Of a stretch of 41,812 nucleotides of DNA, positions 22,802 to 31,726 are shown piece after piece. This DNA is from a virus. Location of the stretch: IMG/VR virus record IMGVR_UViG_3300036850_000087, positions 1 to 41,812 of that record; one strand, written 5' to 3'. Position 1 is the first letter of the stretch, and every line of letters begins with the position of its first letter. The notes under the pieces were generated by a model. The model had not been told where the DNA came from, did no database searches, and saw only the letters and a program-made list of their open reading frames with translations. Made by a program: the position numbers and the translations under genes.

Positions 22802-23347
22802 GTGCCTCACTACGACCCCCCCTCCGGTCGGTACACCTCCAAGATCCCCTCAGGCACCCAATCCTTCCGCCAACTCGTAGCCAACAAGTTCGGCTACACC
22901 CGTACCGAGGTCATCAGAGACAGGAGCAGGTGTAATCAAACCCGCTCCGAGCACTGTGAGTGCCGGGGGATCGACCTCTTCACGACGGATGTCAACAAGG
23001 GTTGGAACACCTTCTACTGGTGCATCGAGAACGCCGACCGTTACGGCATACAGAGCGTCATCTTCCGAGACGGTCAGTGGGGATTCGGACGTTGGTCCGT
23101 CTATCCCCGCACGAAGCGGGACCACTACGACCACGTCCACGTGGGGCTGAATCTCAAGGGAGCGGGAACCGTTGTAGACGAGGAGGATGAGTTGACCCCA
23201 GAAGAGAAGCAAAAGCTTGATGAGGCGTGGACGGCGTCGCACGTACGTGTCACAGACAGGCAGTCTGGCCAGCGGGTCACTCTCGCGCTGGACGAGTTCG
23301 TGATCGACCAGCTGAAGCCCGAGCCCCAGCGACGTTACGTACTGTGA
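22802..23347 (+). CDS. LAS-type (M15-like) zinc peptidase-like protein, putative
   Basis: 181 aa with a GTG start directly after the TAG. SEHCECRGID has the SxHxxxxxxD spacing of SxHxxGxAxD, and HYDHVHVGL supplies a candidate third His ligand. Acidic coiled C-terminal tail. Confidence 0.4.
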   Translation: MPHYDPPSGRYTSKIPSGTQSFRQLVANKFGYTRTEVIRDRSRCNQTRSEHCECRGIDLFTTDVNKGWNTFYWCIENADRYGIQSVIFRDGQWGFGRWSVYPRTKRDHYDHVHVGLNLKGAGTVVDEEDELTPEEKQKLDEAWTASHVRVTDRQSGQRVTLALDEFVIDQLKPEPQRRYVL

Positions 23348-23358
23348 CGGCCACTCGC

Positions 23359-23583
23359 CTAAGGCCTAGCGTCGTGGTCTGAGTTCCGCCCCCCGTTGCG
23401 TCTTTGTACGGCTTCCTCTTCCTTGCGCATCTCCACCGACTCCCTTAGCCAATGGGTCGTAGCGGCCGTGGTCACGACGGTAGCGATGGTCTTCTCCCCT
23501 CGTACAAAGAGCATGTAGGCGAAGATGAGAAGCGCGATGGTCACGATGAGCTGCGGGATGGTCGTTCCCCAATGGCCCCTCAC
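23359..23583 (-). CDS. Small membrane protein (1 TM)
   Basis: GTG at 23583, just downstream of the FkbM stop. IPQLIVTIALLIFAYMLFV is followed by a charged tail. This is the last gene of the long leftward operon. Confidence 0.45.
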   Translation of the reverse strand: MRGHWGTTIPQLIVTIALLIFAYMLFVRGEKTIATVVTTAATTHWLRESVEMRKEEEAVQRRNGGRNSDHDARP

Positions 23584-23590
23584 CCGGCGT

Positions 23591-24286
23591 TCACCTGACG
23601 AAGAGTACGTTGCAGATGGGACCCTCGTGATGGCGGCTGACCTTGTCTGCTGTGAACCCAGCATCTTGTAGCAAGGCATATACCCGCTGTCTCACATCTG
23701 GTTTGGTGTCGTCGGTTTCCACCTGTAGGGCTTTGACCGTCCTCAGGGTCTTCTCGGCCCCCTGTAGAACCTTGTCCTCGTAGCCGTCGGTGTCGATCTT
23801 CAGGTACTCAGGTATAGGAAGTGCCGCATCGGCCTTCTCTAGACCCTCTCGCTGATGGAAGACCCACCAGTCCAGGGGATGGACCAGAACCCTTTCCCGG
23901 TCAGTACCCTCACCGCCTATGGAGTGAAGGGCCGAGCCGGCTGCTCGTGACGAATACACGAACTCGATGACCTCGGTCGTATCCCACAGCGGATCGGGGA
24001 CCAGAAAAGCTTCGAGCGAGTTCAGGGCTAGGTTCTCCCTCAGCCTGATGAAGTTGGGAGCGGAGGGCTCGAAGGCCACCACCTGAAGACCTAGAGCGCA
24101 GGCGATGAGGGTATAGCTGCCCACATTCGCCCCCACGTCGTAGAACGCAGAGCCTTTCGGGATGGACTCGATGAACTCCACAGTCTCTGGCTCTTTCTTT
24201 ACTGCTCCAGCACGAAGGGTCTGCTCGACTTCAGTCTCGGCGTGGAGAAGGAGTTCGATGGGCTCGTAGTCCAGGCGGGTGATCAA
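23591..24286 (-). CDS. FkbM-family SAM-dependent methyltransferase
   Basis: 231 aa. FYDVGANVGSYTLIACALGLQVVAFEPSAPNFIRLRENLALN is the FkbM (Methyltransf_21) signature. The TTG start overlaps the upstream TGA (TTGA). Confidence 0.75.
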   Translation of the reverse strand: MITRLDYEPIELLLHAETEVEQTLRAGAVKKEPETVEFIESIPKGSAFYDVGANVGSYTLIACALGLQVVAFEPSAPNFIRLRENLALNSLEAFLVPDPLWDTTEVIEFVYSSRAAGSALHSIGGEGTDRERVLVHPLDWWVFHQREGLEKADAALPIPEYLKIDTDGYEDKVLQGAEKTLRTVKALQVETDDTKPDVRQRVYALLQDAGFTADKVSRHHEGPICNVLFVR

Positions 24287-27200
24287 TAGGGGTTGATCCC
24301 TCCGCTTGAACGGGTGCTCGCCTTCTTCTTGCGGGGCTTGAGTACCCCACGGGATTCAAGGCTCTTACGGGATGCTCCCTTTGCCGGTGCGAGGAACTGC
24401 GTGACCTCCCCTTCCCGTAGTGCTTTAGCTCTCGCCCGCCGCTCCAGGTATTTGCGCTGCTTCTCCGAGAGGTTCCAGTACCGCATGCCGGGGACCAGAC
24501 GTGCGGCCGCTCCATACTTCTCTAGCCAGTCGACGACGCCCCTGAGGGTGGTGTCGTCTATGTCCTCTCCGGCCATGAGGGCGGCTCTGGCCTGAGGGAT
24601 GAGTTCTGCTATGGCTCTGGGATCGGTGGCCCGGTAGCTGAATCCCGTCTCGGGGTCGGTTATGAGCTGGCGGTCGGGGTCCCAGTCGGGGATCCCACCG
24701 GCGAAGGTGTCCACCCCGAAAAAGCGAAGAGCCGCCTGGAACAAGGGATGTGAGGATTGCACCCACCCTGCAACCGTGCCCATATTGGCGTAGTCCGCGT
24801 AGGGGTTCATCCCTCGTAAGGACAGGTACAGGCGAAAGCCCTTGGAGTCTGGGTTGGTGAGGGGCATCCAGTTCGCCAGCATGGCGTCCAGGAAGGCCGA
24901 TGCCTCCTTGCGGGAGGCCTCTTCTCGTGCCGCCCAGTTCAGGACCGATGTCCGTAGCGGGTGGTCCATGGGGTAGGTCAGAGCGGTTCGGATGAGGGAC
25001 CGCTTCCAGGACCAGAACGGGATGATCCGGGAGATCCACTCCCTCTCGACGGCCGTCATGGAGTCCCAGTCCTGCATGAGACGACGACCGGCCATGAGGG
25101 CTTCGTCCAAGGACCTCCCCGACGAGAGCTTGTTGAGGGTGATGAAGTCCCGGTAGAACTGGTCCATGAAGTGGTTGGCCCGGTCGGCAAGACGAACCGG
25201 ATTGAGCTTGGAAGCGACAGCTTTTAGGCCCTGACCGTGGATGAACGAGGCCCGTAGCTCGTCCTTGAGGTCCATCCATTTCCCCAACCGGGGAGCGAAC
25301 CCGAAGCCAGCCGGGAGCTCAGGGAATAGCGACTCCCCCTTCATGGCTGCTCTCCACGCATCAACGACATCTCTGAACAGACGCGGGTTCAGAGATGTCC
25401 GCAGGGCCGTGGCCATAGACCCGCCGAGGATGTTGTTGGCCTGGAAGACCGGGGACAAAGCCAGAGTAGGGATCATCCATATCTGGAGGAACCGCTGGCC
25501 CTTGGACATGGCCGGCTCGGTGTAGAAGCGCACGGCCTTGGTCACGTACCTAGGAAGGACCACATCTCCGGGTGAAGGTTCTGAGAAGACCAGCTTGCCT
25601 CTCTGGTAGTCGAAGGTCTGGAAGCTGCGCCGGATGGCCTCGTTGGCTTTGGTGGCATCCATCCCCGCGTCTATGAGCTTCTGGACCTCGGTGTCGAAGG
25701 TGGAGCCCTCCCGCTCGTAGACCCTCCCTAAAGCTTTAAGAGATGTGTCCCTGACAGCCAGCTCAGCCTGGGAATCGAGGAGCAGGACGTGGGGTGCGTC
25801 GTCGGAGTAGAACTCAGCCGCTCCGGTGTGAGCCTTGCGTGCTGCGACCTGACCGAAGGAGGTCCCTACCCGAGGCTCTAAAGCTCCTTCTCCAACGGAC
25901 ACGGCTCTTGACGGCAGGTAGACGGGCTCGATGCCCTTGGCCTGGAGGGCGAAGATGTTGGCCTCCGCGTCGTTGACGATGTCCGCGATCTGGTTGCGTG
26001 CCCACCCCGGCCCCAAACCAGGAACAGCATCGGCTTGAGCCAGAACGGCGTCGGCTGCCTCAGTCGCCTCGCGGGTGAGGTAGCGCCATTTAGCTGGGGG
26101 GTTGTGCCTGACGGCTTCGTAGTAGTCCACGATCTTGGCTAAGCCAGCGTTGGCGTTTGACTTCGGGCGCTGCTTCTGAAGGCGCTGCATGGAGCGGAAG
26201 ATGTTCTGCCTCTCCGCCCAGCTGACGACATCCCCCGTGGCCGGCTCGGGATACAGCTTCATGGACTGCTCCAGAGAGCGGCGGGATTGCCGGTAGCCCC
26301 GAGTCAGGTTGTTCCAGGCCTTGGTGTATTGCGGGTGTGGGTTGGCCTGACGGTTGCGGAAGGCAGCCACCATGTCGTCCACGACGCTTGATGCCTGCTC
26401 GTCTCCGATCTTCTTGCCGAGGCCGGTCTTCATGCGCTCGATGGCCGTGCGGGTGATCTTCTGCTGCCCCAGCTCGCCCTTGCCCGTAGGCCTTCGGGTC
26501 AGAGACTTCTCTCGTAACAAGGCGTCCATCTCGTCGGGGATCTCCCAGTCAAGGCCGGCCTGAGCCTGACGACGGGAGGTCTGCTCCAGGTCGTTGAAGT
26601 AGGGCTCGAGCTTGCCGGTAGGTCTTGTGCCTGTTCTCGCGTGCTCCAGAAGCTCCATACGCTCGGCTCTGGACAGCTTCTCGGGGCGACGATCGATGAC
26701 ATCCCTTAAGGCGTTGTGGACCTGTTTGGTAGCCCGCCTTCTTTCGATGGCGAACTCCGCGGCAGACTTCGCGCCCTTGAGCGAGACGTGCTCCCGAACC
26801 GGAGCGATGACCGATTCAAGACGGATACCGGCCTTAGTCTCTCCCAAGACCTTAGCGGTCTTCGTCCCGAGCTTGGCGGCGCGGGCCACCTTGAAGTAGG
26901 GAGCGATGTCGGCCAGAGCAAAGCCGGGATGGGCTCCCAGTTCCTTCAACCCCTTCTTGCCTCGAGAGAGCTGGCCGGCCGTATACATCCCCGGAGTCAA
27001 CCGAGCTAAAGGCAGCTTCGAGAACGTCGAGATGGACGGGTGACGCCGGAAGGCGGCTTCCTCGGGCGAGTCGATCTTCGGGGTGAAGAGCTGCGGGACG
27101 GCCTGAACCTCTTTGGCCAACGGGCGGACGAGCTCGGACTGCTTCCAAGCCCGAGAAGGAGTCATCCCACCAGGGAAAGCAGAGGCACCTAGACGGGTGA

Positions 27201-27483
27201 CGTCCCGAACGGCCACCGAGCCGATAGAGGAGATGTCCTTCCATCCCCGCTTGACCCCTCTGCCTACCGAACCGAGAACCTTGGAGATGCCCTTGGGCTT
27301 GTTGCGGACGTTTCTCCACCAGCTCTGTGCGGATCGGGGTGTCTCCTTACGCGCTCTCTTGGCTCTGACGTAGGACTCGTAGGCCCTCTGGTTCTTCGGG
27401 TTCTTGAAGGCCTTCCTCGCCGGGGTCTTGGATGTAGATGTGGTCCGCTTAGCCGGTGTGGACCCGCCATAGGGATTGGGCAT
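24283..27483 (-). CDS. Large internal virion / DNA-ejection-type protein (1066 aa), putative
   Basis: This is the longest ORF and follows a second basic internal-type protein, as in podoviruses. Both termini are highly basic. No enzymatic motif recognised. Confidence 0.55.
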   Translation of the reverse strand: MPNPYGGSTPAKRTTSTSKTPARKAFKNPKNQRAYESYVRAKRARKETPRSAQSWWRNVRNKPKGISKVLGSVGRGVKRGWKDISSIGSVAVRDVTRLGASAFPGGMTPSRAWKQSELVRPLAKEVQAVPQLFTPKIDSPEEAAFRRHPSISTFSKLPLARLTPGMYTAGQLSRGKKGLKELGAHPGFALADIAPYFKVARAAKLGTKTAKVLGETKAGIRLESVIAPVREHVSLKGAKSAAEFAIERRRATKQVHNALRDVIDRRPEKLSRAERMELLEHARTGTRPTGKLEPYFNDLEQTSRRQAQAGLDWEIPDEMDALLREKSLTRRPTGKGELGQQKITRTAIERMKTGLGKKIGDEQASSVVDDMVAAFRNRQANPHPQYTKAWNNLTRGYRQSRRSLEQSMKLYPEPATGDVVSWAERQNIFRSMQRLQKQRPKSNANAGLAKIVDYYEAVRHNPPAKWRYLTREATEAADAVLAQADAVPGLGPGWARNQIADIVNDAEANIFALQAKGIEPVYLPSRAVSVGEGALEPRVGTSFGQVAARKAHTGAAEFYSDDAPHVLLLDSQAELAVRDTSLKALGRVYEREGSTFDTEVQKLIDAGMDATKANEAIRRSFQTFDYQRGKLVFSEPSPGDVVLPRYVTKAVRFYTEPAMSKGQRFLQIWMIPTLALSPVFQANNILGGSMATALRTSLNPRLFRDVVDAWRAAMKGESLFPELPAGFGFAPRLGKWMDLKDELRASFIHGQGLKAVASKLNPVRLADRANHFMDQFYRDFITLNKLSSGRSLDEALMAGRRLMQDWDSMTAVEREWISRIIPFWSWKRSLIRTALTYPMDHPLRTSVLNWAAREEASRKEASAFLDAMLANWMPLTNPDSKGFRLYLSLRGMNPYADYANMGTVAGWVQSSHPLFQAALRFFGVDTFAGGIPDWDPDRQLITDPETGFSYRATDPRAIAELIPQARAALMAGEDIDDTTLRGVVDWLEKYGAAARLVPGMRYWNLSEKQRKYLERRARAKALREGEVTQFLAPAKGASRKSLESRGVLKPRKKKASTRSSGGINPY

Positions 27484-28734
27484 CTACTTCTTCTTGTGGG
27501 TGCGCTGATACCAGGTCTTCGGACCTACGGGCTTGCGGCCCTTCTTCTTCATGCGCGACCTATAGGCCAGATAGGCTTTCTCGTTACGCGGGTTCTTGAA
27601 AGCTGGCTTGCTCGTCGGTTTGGTTTTTGGTTTGGTCGTTGCCTTGCTGGGAGCCTTGGCCTTCCCTTTGTTCCGCTTGAAGGCATCGTTGTAGACCACC
27701 GACAGGTGCTGGGAATTGGTCTTCATCCACTTACGGGCGTCCTCGTCGGAGAAGTTCTTCCGACGCAGCCACGCTCGGTTCCAAGCCGCCCACTCCGACG
27801 CGCTCATGTTCGGGTTCGATGCCCTGAGGTTGGCTGCGAACTGAAGCTGCGTGCCGTAGCGGAAGGGATTGTCCGGGTCCCCGTACTTGTTGGCCCGGAT
27901 GGCTCGTCTACGGCTCTCGGTCATCCTCGCGGCCCGCCCGGAAGAGATTTTCTCCGTTCCCAATCCGAGGTCCTGGCGGGTGTAGTTGGCGATCTGCGCG
28001 TCGGACTTGCCTTTAGCCCTGAGGTTGGCGACGTAATCGGCGTAAGGGATGTCTCCGGACTTGAAGAAGGAGCGGGTGTCGGTGATCCCCAAGGCCCCTA
28101 CGACATCGCTACCCCCAGTGTTGATCCCGGCCAGAAGCCCGGCATCCTCAGGCGAGTAGCCCATCCCCTGGAGTTCGGACTGGTACTGCTCAGGAGAGAT
28201 GAGGCCCTTCTTAAGGGCCTGTCCGAGGTCCGTCTTAGATAGCGAGCGATCTTCGAGGAATCCCCCGCCTCCGCTAGAACCCCCACCAGAGCCCCCTGAG
28301 GCCCCTCTGAGGGCCTCTAGGGCTTGTGCCCGCATCTCCCGCTCCTGGAAGGCCGCTTCCTGCTGAGAGCGGCTGTAATCCCTATCGAGCTCGGAGATGG
28401 CGAGGTTGGTCTGGGTGGTGGCCTCTCCTTCTCCCTCGATGCGTCCCTTGGATTCGTAGGAACCTCTGGCCGCAGCCTCATCTCTGATGTCGGCCAGGGT
28501 TATCGGAAGCTGCCTGCGGTATTCGGTGACCGCGATGTCGTGGTCTTCCTTGGCCCATCTGGTCTTGGCCCTAAGTTCAGCGAGGTTTCGGGCTAACGAC
28601 TGCTGGATGTAGGCTTTCTCCGAGCCTCCACCTGAGGTGTCAACGTCCTCGGTTTCGGCCATCTGCTTGCGGGAGAAGGTCCCGGGCAGAGCTAGAGAAC
28701 CGATGTTCAGGGCGGGGAGGTTGAGGCTAGCCAA
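27484..28734 (-). CDS. Internal virion protein, putative (416 aa)
   Basis: Coiled-coil N-terminal half, a GGSGGGSSGGGG linker and a very basic C-terminus (KPAFKNPRNEKAYLAYRSRMKKKGRKP...). Function is inferred from position. Confidence 0.5.
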   Translation of the reverse strand: MASLNLPALNIGSLALPGTFSRKQMAETEDVDTSGGGSEKAYIQQSLARNLAELRAKTRWAKEDHDIAVTEYRRQLPITLADIRDEAAARGSYESKGRIEGEGEATTQTNLAISELDRDYSRSQQEAAFQEREMRAQALEALRGASGGSGGGSSGGGGFLEDRSLSKTDLGQALKKGLISPEQYQSELQGMGYSPEDAGLLAGINTGGSDVVGALGITDTRSFFKSGDIPYADYVANLRAKGKSDAQIANYTRQDLGLGTEKISSGRAARMTESRRRAIRANKYGDPDNPFRYGTQLQFAANLRASNPNMSASEWAAWNRAWLRRKNFSDEDARKWMKTNSQHLSVVYNDAFKRNKGKAKAPSKATTKPKTKPTSKPAFKNPRNEKAYLAYRSRMKKKGRKPVGPKTWYQRTHKKK

Positions 28735-30301
28735 CGCGGTTCCTCGTTCCAGGCTGTAGACCGATGACGACCTGTTCTAACATCGGGGCCTCCCCAGAGT
28801 CGGTGGTCTTTATGGTGGTCTTGATCTTCACCCATTCCGTGTTGACCTTGCCTACATTGAACCGCACCTTATGAGGTCTGGCACCCTTCACGGTCTTGGT
28901 CTGAACCTCCAGGGTCTTCGTTGGACTCTGATGGCCTGCTTCCAGTTCGGGAAGGGTCAGCTCCACGATGACCTGAGCCTCGGGGGTGAAGCTCTCGATG
29001 TGGTACTCGATGGCCCTGAGGGTCGTTGAGAAGAAGGGCAGGTACAGAAGTGGCACCGTGAAGGAGTATGAGGAGGCTCGGGTCATCTCCCCCTCGTTTG
29101 CTGCTGCTTCGTACATCGGTGAGGTCCCCGCCGTTATCTGCCCGTTGGTCAGGTTCTCTGTTCCCGCAATGATCCACGGCCCGTTGGTGGAACCCGTCGC
29201 GTAGGCCACCGTGAAGGTGTGGGCCTCCCCGTTCTGACGCAAAGAGGAAAGCCGGAACCACGCTCTTGTTCTCAGGTCCATGACGTAGTCCTTCCCGGCG
29301 TAGAGGAAGTGACCGGCATGGGCCATATGCCCCTTGTTCGTTCGTCCGTTGGAAGCTCCCAGCTCGACAGACGGCTGCATGGGGGTTCCAGATAAGGAAG
29401 GCGATACGTCCACCGTCTCCGACCCCGTCCACATGTAGACCGAATCCTCGGGAACCACGAAAGCAAGCCCCTGATCCGTGACAGCGGGGAACTGCTGGGA
29501 GACGTTCTGGGCGAAGGTCAGCTCTCGGGTCAAAGGACCCGTCACGTCTCCTTGGACCAGGAACAGCCCGTAGCCGTACTTCAGCGTCATGAGGTCGGAG
29601 GGCTGGATGGTGGCCATCCACTTCAAACCCCCGTAGCGCTCTCCCCCCGGTCTGAGGATGTTGGCCGTAGACGGTGCGGCGTGAGAGGCGGGCTCGGTGT
29701 AGACGATCTTGTCGTTGAACCCCTGGTCGTCCACGATGGTGAAGAGCCTTGCCTGAAAGGGCCAGCACCCCAAAGGACGTGCCGCCAGGTAGGTGAAGGT
29801 GGCCGTAGAGCCGTCCGTCCTCCAGATACCCGCAGTCGCCACAGAGCTTCCGGGCGTGGTCTGGTTGACCGAGAGGTTGAAGTAGCCCCTGTACCCCACG
29901 GCATCGGTGCGGAATGAGGAGAGCTGCCATCCTCCGTCGATGCGGTCAACAAGACTCCAGGAGTGAAGCGTTGACCAGGAGGTGGTGGTGAAGGGAGGAG
30001 ACGTTGTCGCTGTCTTGTGAAGCGACACCCCACCCGTGACGGTATCTACCGACAGGCAGTAAAGGCCCTCCGGGTTCTGTATCCATTGGGGGCCTAGAAG
30101 CTCCCGGCCCGTAGTCAAACCAGTCTGTCCTACAGCCGTGAACCTCTGGGCGGCCCTCAGTCCTCCGGCTTGGAGGGGATAGGCATCCTCGAGGAACAGC
30201 AGGCCGTTCTCGGGACATTCACGGTCGTCGTCGCGCTCCCACAAACCGGAAGAAAAATCCTTCAGGGGTTTCCATTCCAACTCGTCGGGTCCGGGAGCCA
30301 T
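28727..30301 (-). CDS. Tail nozzle / tubular-type protein, putative (524 aa)
   Basis: Large beta-rich ORF between the adaptor-like gene cluster and the internal proteins. Coding is well supported by operon packing; the function is positional inference. Confidence 0.45.
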   Translation of the reverse strand: MAPGPDELEWKPLKDFSSGLWERDDDRECPENGLLFLEDAYPLQAGGLRAAQRFTAVGQTGLTTGRELLGPQWIQNPEGLYCLSVDTVTGGVSLHKTATTSPPFTTTSWSTLHSWSLVDRIDGGWQLSSFRTDAVGYRGYFNLSVNQTTPGSSVATAGIWRTDGSTATFTYLAARPLGCWPFQARLFTIVDDQGFNDKIVYTEPASHAAPSTANILRPGGERYGGLKWMATIQPSDLMTLKYGYGLFLVQGDVTGPLTRELTFAQNVSQQFPAVTDQGLAFVVPEDSVYMWTGSETVDVSPSLSGTPMQPSVELGASNGRTNKGHMAHAGHFLYAGKDYVMDLRTRAWFRLSSLRQNGEAHTFTVAYATGSTNGPWIIAGTENLTNGQITAGTSPMYEAAANEGEMTRASSYSFTVPLLYLPFFSTTLRAIEYHIESFTPEAQVIVELTLPELEAGHQSPTKTLEVQTKTVKGARPHKVRFNVGKVNTEWVKIKTTIKTTDSGEAPMLEQVVIGLQPGTRNRVG

Positions 30302-30757
30302 CTAAGACACCCAGACCAGCATATTGATGCCGTTGGCGGCACCGACCTTGGAGGTCGTTCCCGTGGTGGCGTTGGAGGCCAAAAGCCTGAACACGTGCTT
30401 GCCGACGCCGTATGAGGGCACCCAGGTCTTGCCCGCTCCCTGCCGAAGCGTCCTTCCGGGGTCAGCGTCCACCACCATGGCCCCGGGCTGGAGGACCGTG
30501 CTGCCGTCGGGTAGGACCGTTTCCAGCTGTATGAGCATCTGAGCGCCGTTCTCCACCGTCATCGTGGCATCACAGGACACCAAGACCGAGGCGCCCCCGG
30601 GGATGGACACCGTGGATTCCATAGCTGTGACCGTGGCGTTGTGGACCTCGAAGGAAGTCCCTCTGGATTCGTAGGTCACGATGGGAAGCTGCTCGAACTC
30701 CTGGAAGTTGCGGGTCTGTTGCTCCCGGGAGGAGACATAGGGGACCTGACGGGGCAT
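30302..30757 (-). CDS. NFQE-family virion protein, paralog 3
   Basis: 151 aa. MPRQVPYVSSREQQTRNFQEFEQL ... MLVWVS. Confidence 0.65.
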   Translation of the reverse strand: MPRQVPYVSSREQQTRNFQEFEQLPIVTYESRGTSFEVHNATVTAMESTVSIPGGASVLVSCDATMTVENGAQMLIQLETVLPDGSTVLQPGAMVVDADPGRTLRQGAGKTWVPSYGVGKHVFRLLASNATTGTTSKVGAANGINMLVWVS

Positions 30758-31225
30758 CTAGATCGTCCAGACCGTGATGGTGGCCAGACCTCCCGTGGTC
30801 AGATGCGCCGACCCTGCCCCTCCGGGATCGCGGGAGAGCAGTACGTCGTAGGTGTTGCGCCCTGGTTGCCCGTCGGGCATCCAGGTCCCAGACATTGGCC
30901 CCTCACGGGCCACCCCGGCCGCCGCCGTTCCCCCAGCCGCTGTGTTGAAGTCCTCGAGCTGGGTCGTACCGTCGGGGAATCGGGTGTGCAGGAACATCCT
31001 GGCCGTGGTGTCTCCTAAAAGACGGATGCGAGCATTAGCTTTCACGACGACCTGAGTTCCCGGATACACAGATGCCTCGACCCCCACCACAGAGGTAGCG
31101 ACCGTCGTGATGGCATACGAAGAGGCGGCCGTAGACGAGAACCTTCTGGGGACAAGCTCGAGCTCCTGGAAGTTGCGCTGGGTGTTAGCAGCCAATCCGA
31201 ACAAGGGAACCCGGCGAGGGCTCAC
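30758..31225 (-). CDS. NFQE-family virion protein, paralog 2
   Basis: Preferred start is the GTG at 31225 (GTGA overlap with the upstream stop), giving (M)SPRRVPLFGLAANTQRNFQELELV ... ITVWTI. The track start at 31234 is also GTG. Confidence 0.65.
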   Translation of the reverse strand: MSPRRVPLFGLAANTQRNFQELELVPRRFSSTAASSYAITTVATSVVGVEASVYPGTQVVVKANARIRLLGDTTARMFLHTRFPDGTTQLEDFNTAAGGTAAAGVAREGPMSGTWMPDGQPGRNTYDVLLSRDPGGAGSAHLTTGGLATITVWTI

Positions 31226-31725
31226 AGCATCCACACCGTCAGGGCCGCGCGGTTTCCACCGATGGACCCAGAGGCTGTGGCCGGAGTCCCTAAAGGCCTA
31301 TTGGTCTGCTGGCCTTCTAATGCCACGATGTAATGGCCTGGGGTCATGAACGCCGGGGCCGTAGTGCAGTAGGTCTGAGACAAGGTGGCCCGAAGCGACC
31401 ATTCGGTTGACCCCGGCTCGAAGAGCATGTCCGGGGGGAGGGTGATGGTCGATCCACTTGGGTTGGTGAGATGCATAAAGGCAGTTACCTGGATGCCGTT
31501 GAACGCGGTGAACCCCACATCGGCCGAGATGACCATGTCGGAGTTACCGGGCTTCACGACATCAAGGGACATGATGTTGGAACGAGCCGAGGTGAAGACG
31601 TAGGACGTGGCCCTGATGCTGTAGTCGGCGAAGCGGGCAAGTTCCATCTCCTGGAAGTTGCGGGTGAGGACCGCTTGGGTGCGGGGGTCTACCTCGGTCG
31701 GTGATAGAGGGACGCGCTCAGGCAT
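31222..31725 (-). CDS. NFQE-family virion protein, paralog 1
   Basis: ATG at 31725. MPERVPLSPTEVDPRTQAVLTRNFQEMELA ... LTVWML. Confidence 0.65.
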   Translation of the reverse strand: MPERVPLSPTEVDPRTQAVLTRNFQEMELARFADYSIRATSYVFTSARSNIMSLDVVKPGNSDMVISADVGFTAFNGIQVTAFMHLTNPSGSTITLPPDMLFEPGSTEWSLRATLSQTYCTTAPAFMTPGHYIVALEGQQTNRPLGTPATASGSIGGNRAALTVWML

Positions 31726-31726
31726 C

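Noticed and set aside
23341-23365. Possible bidirectional terminator between the convergent gene ends 23347 (+) and 23359 (-)
   Set aside because: Only a 4-6-bp imperfect pairing around AGGCCT could be drawn, and there is no U-tract.
28869-29930. 353-aa minus-strand ORF in an alternative frame inside 28727..30301
   Set aside because: Its Arg/Gly/His-rich translation is implausible, and it lies entirely inside a longer ORF with protein-like composition. The same applies to 24425..25279, 26852..27319, 3998..4507, 6816..7292 and 9112..9474.
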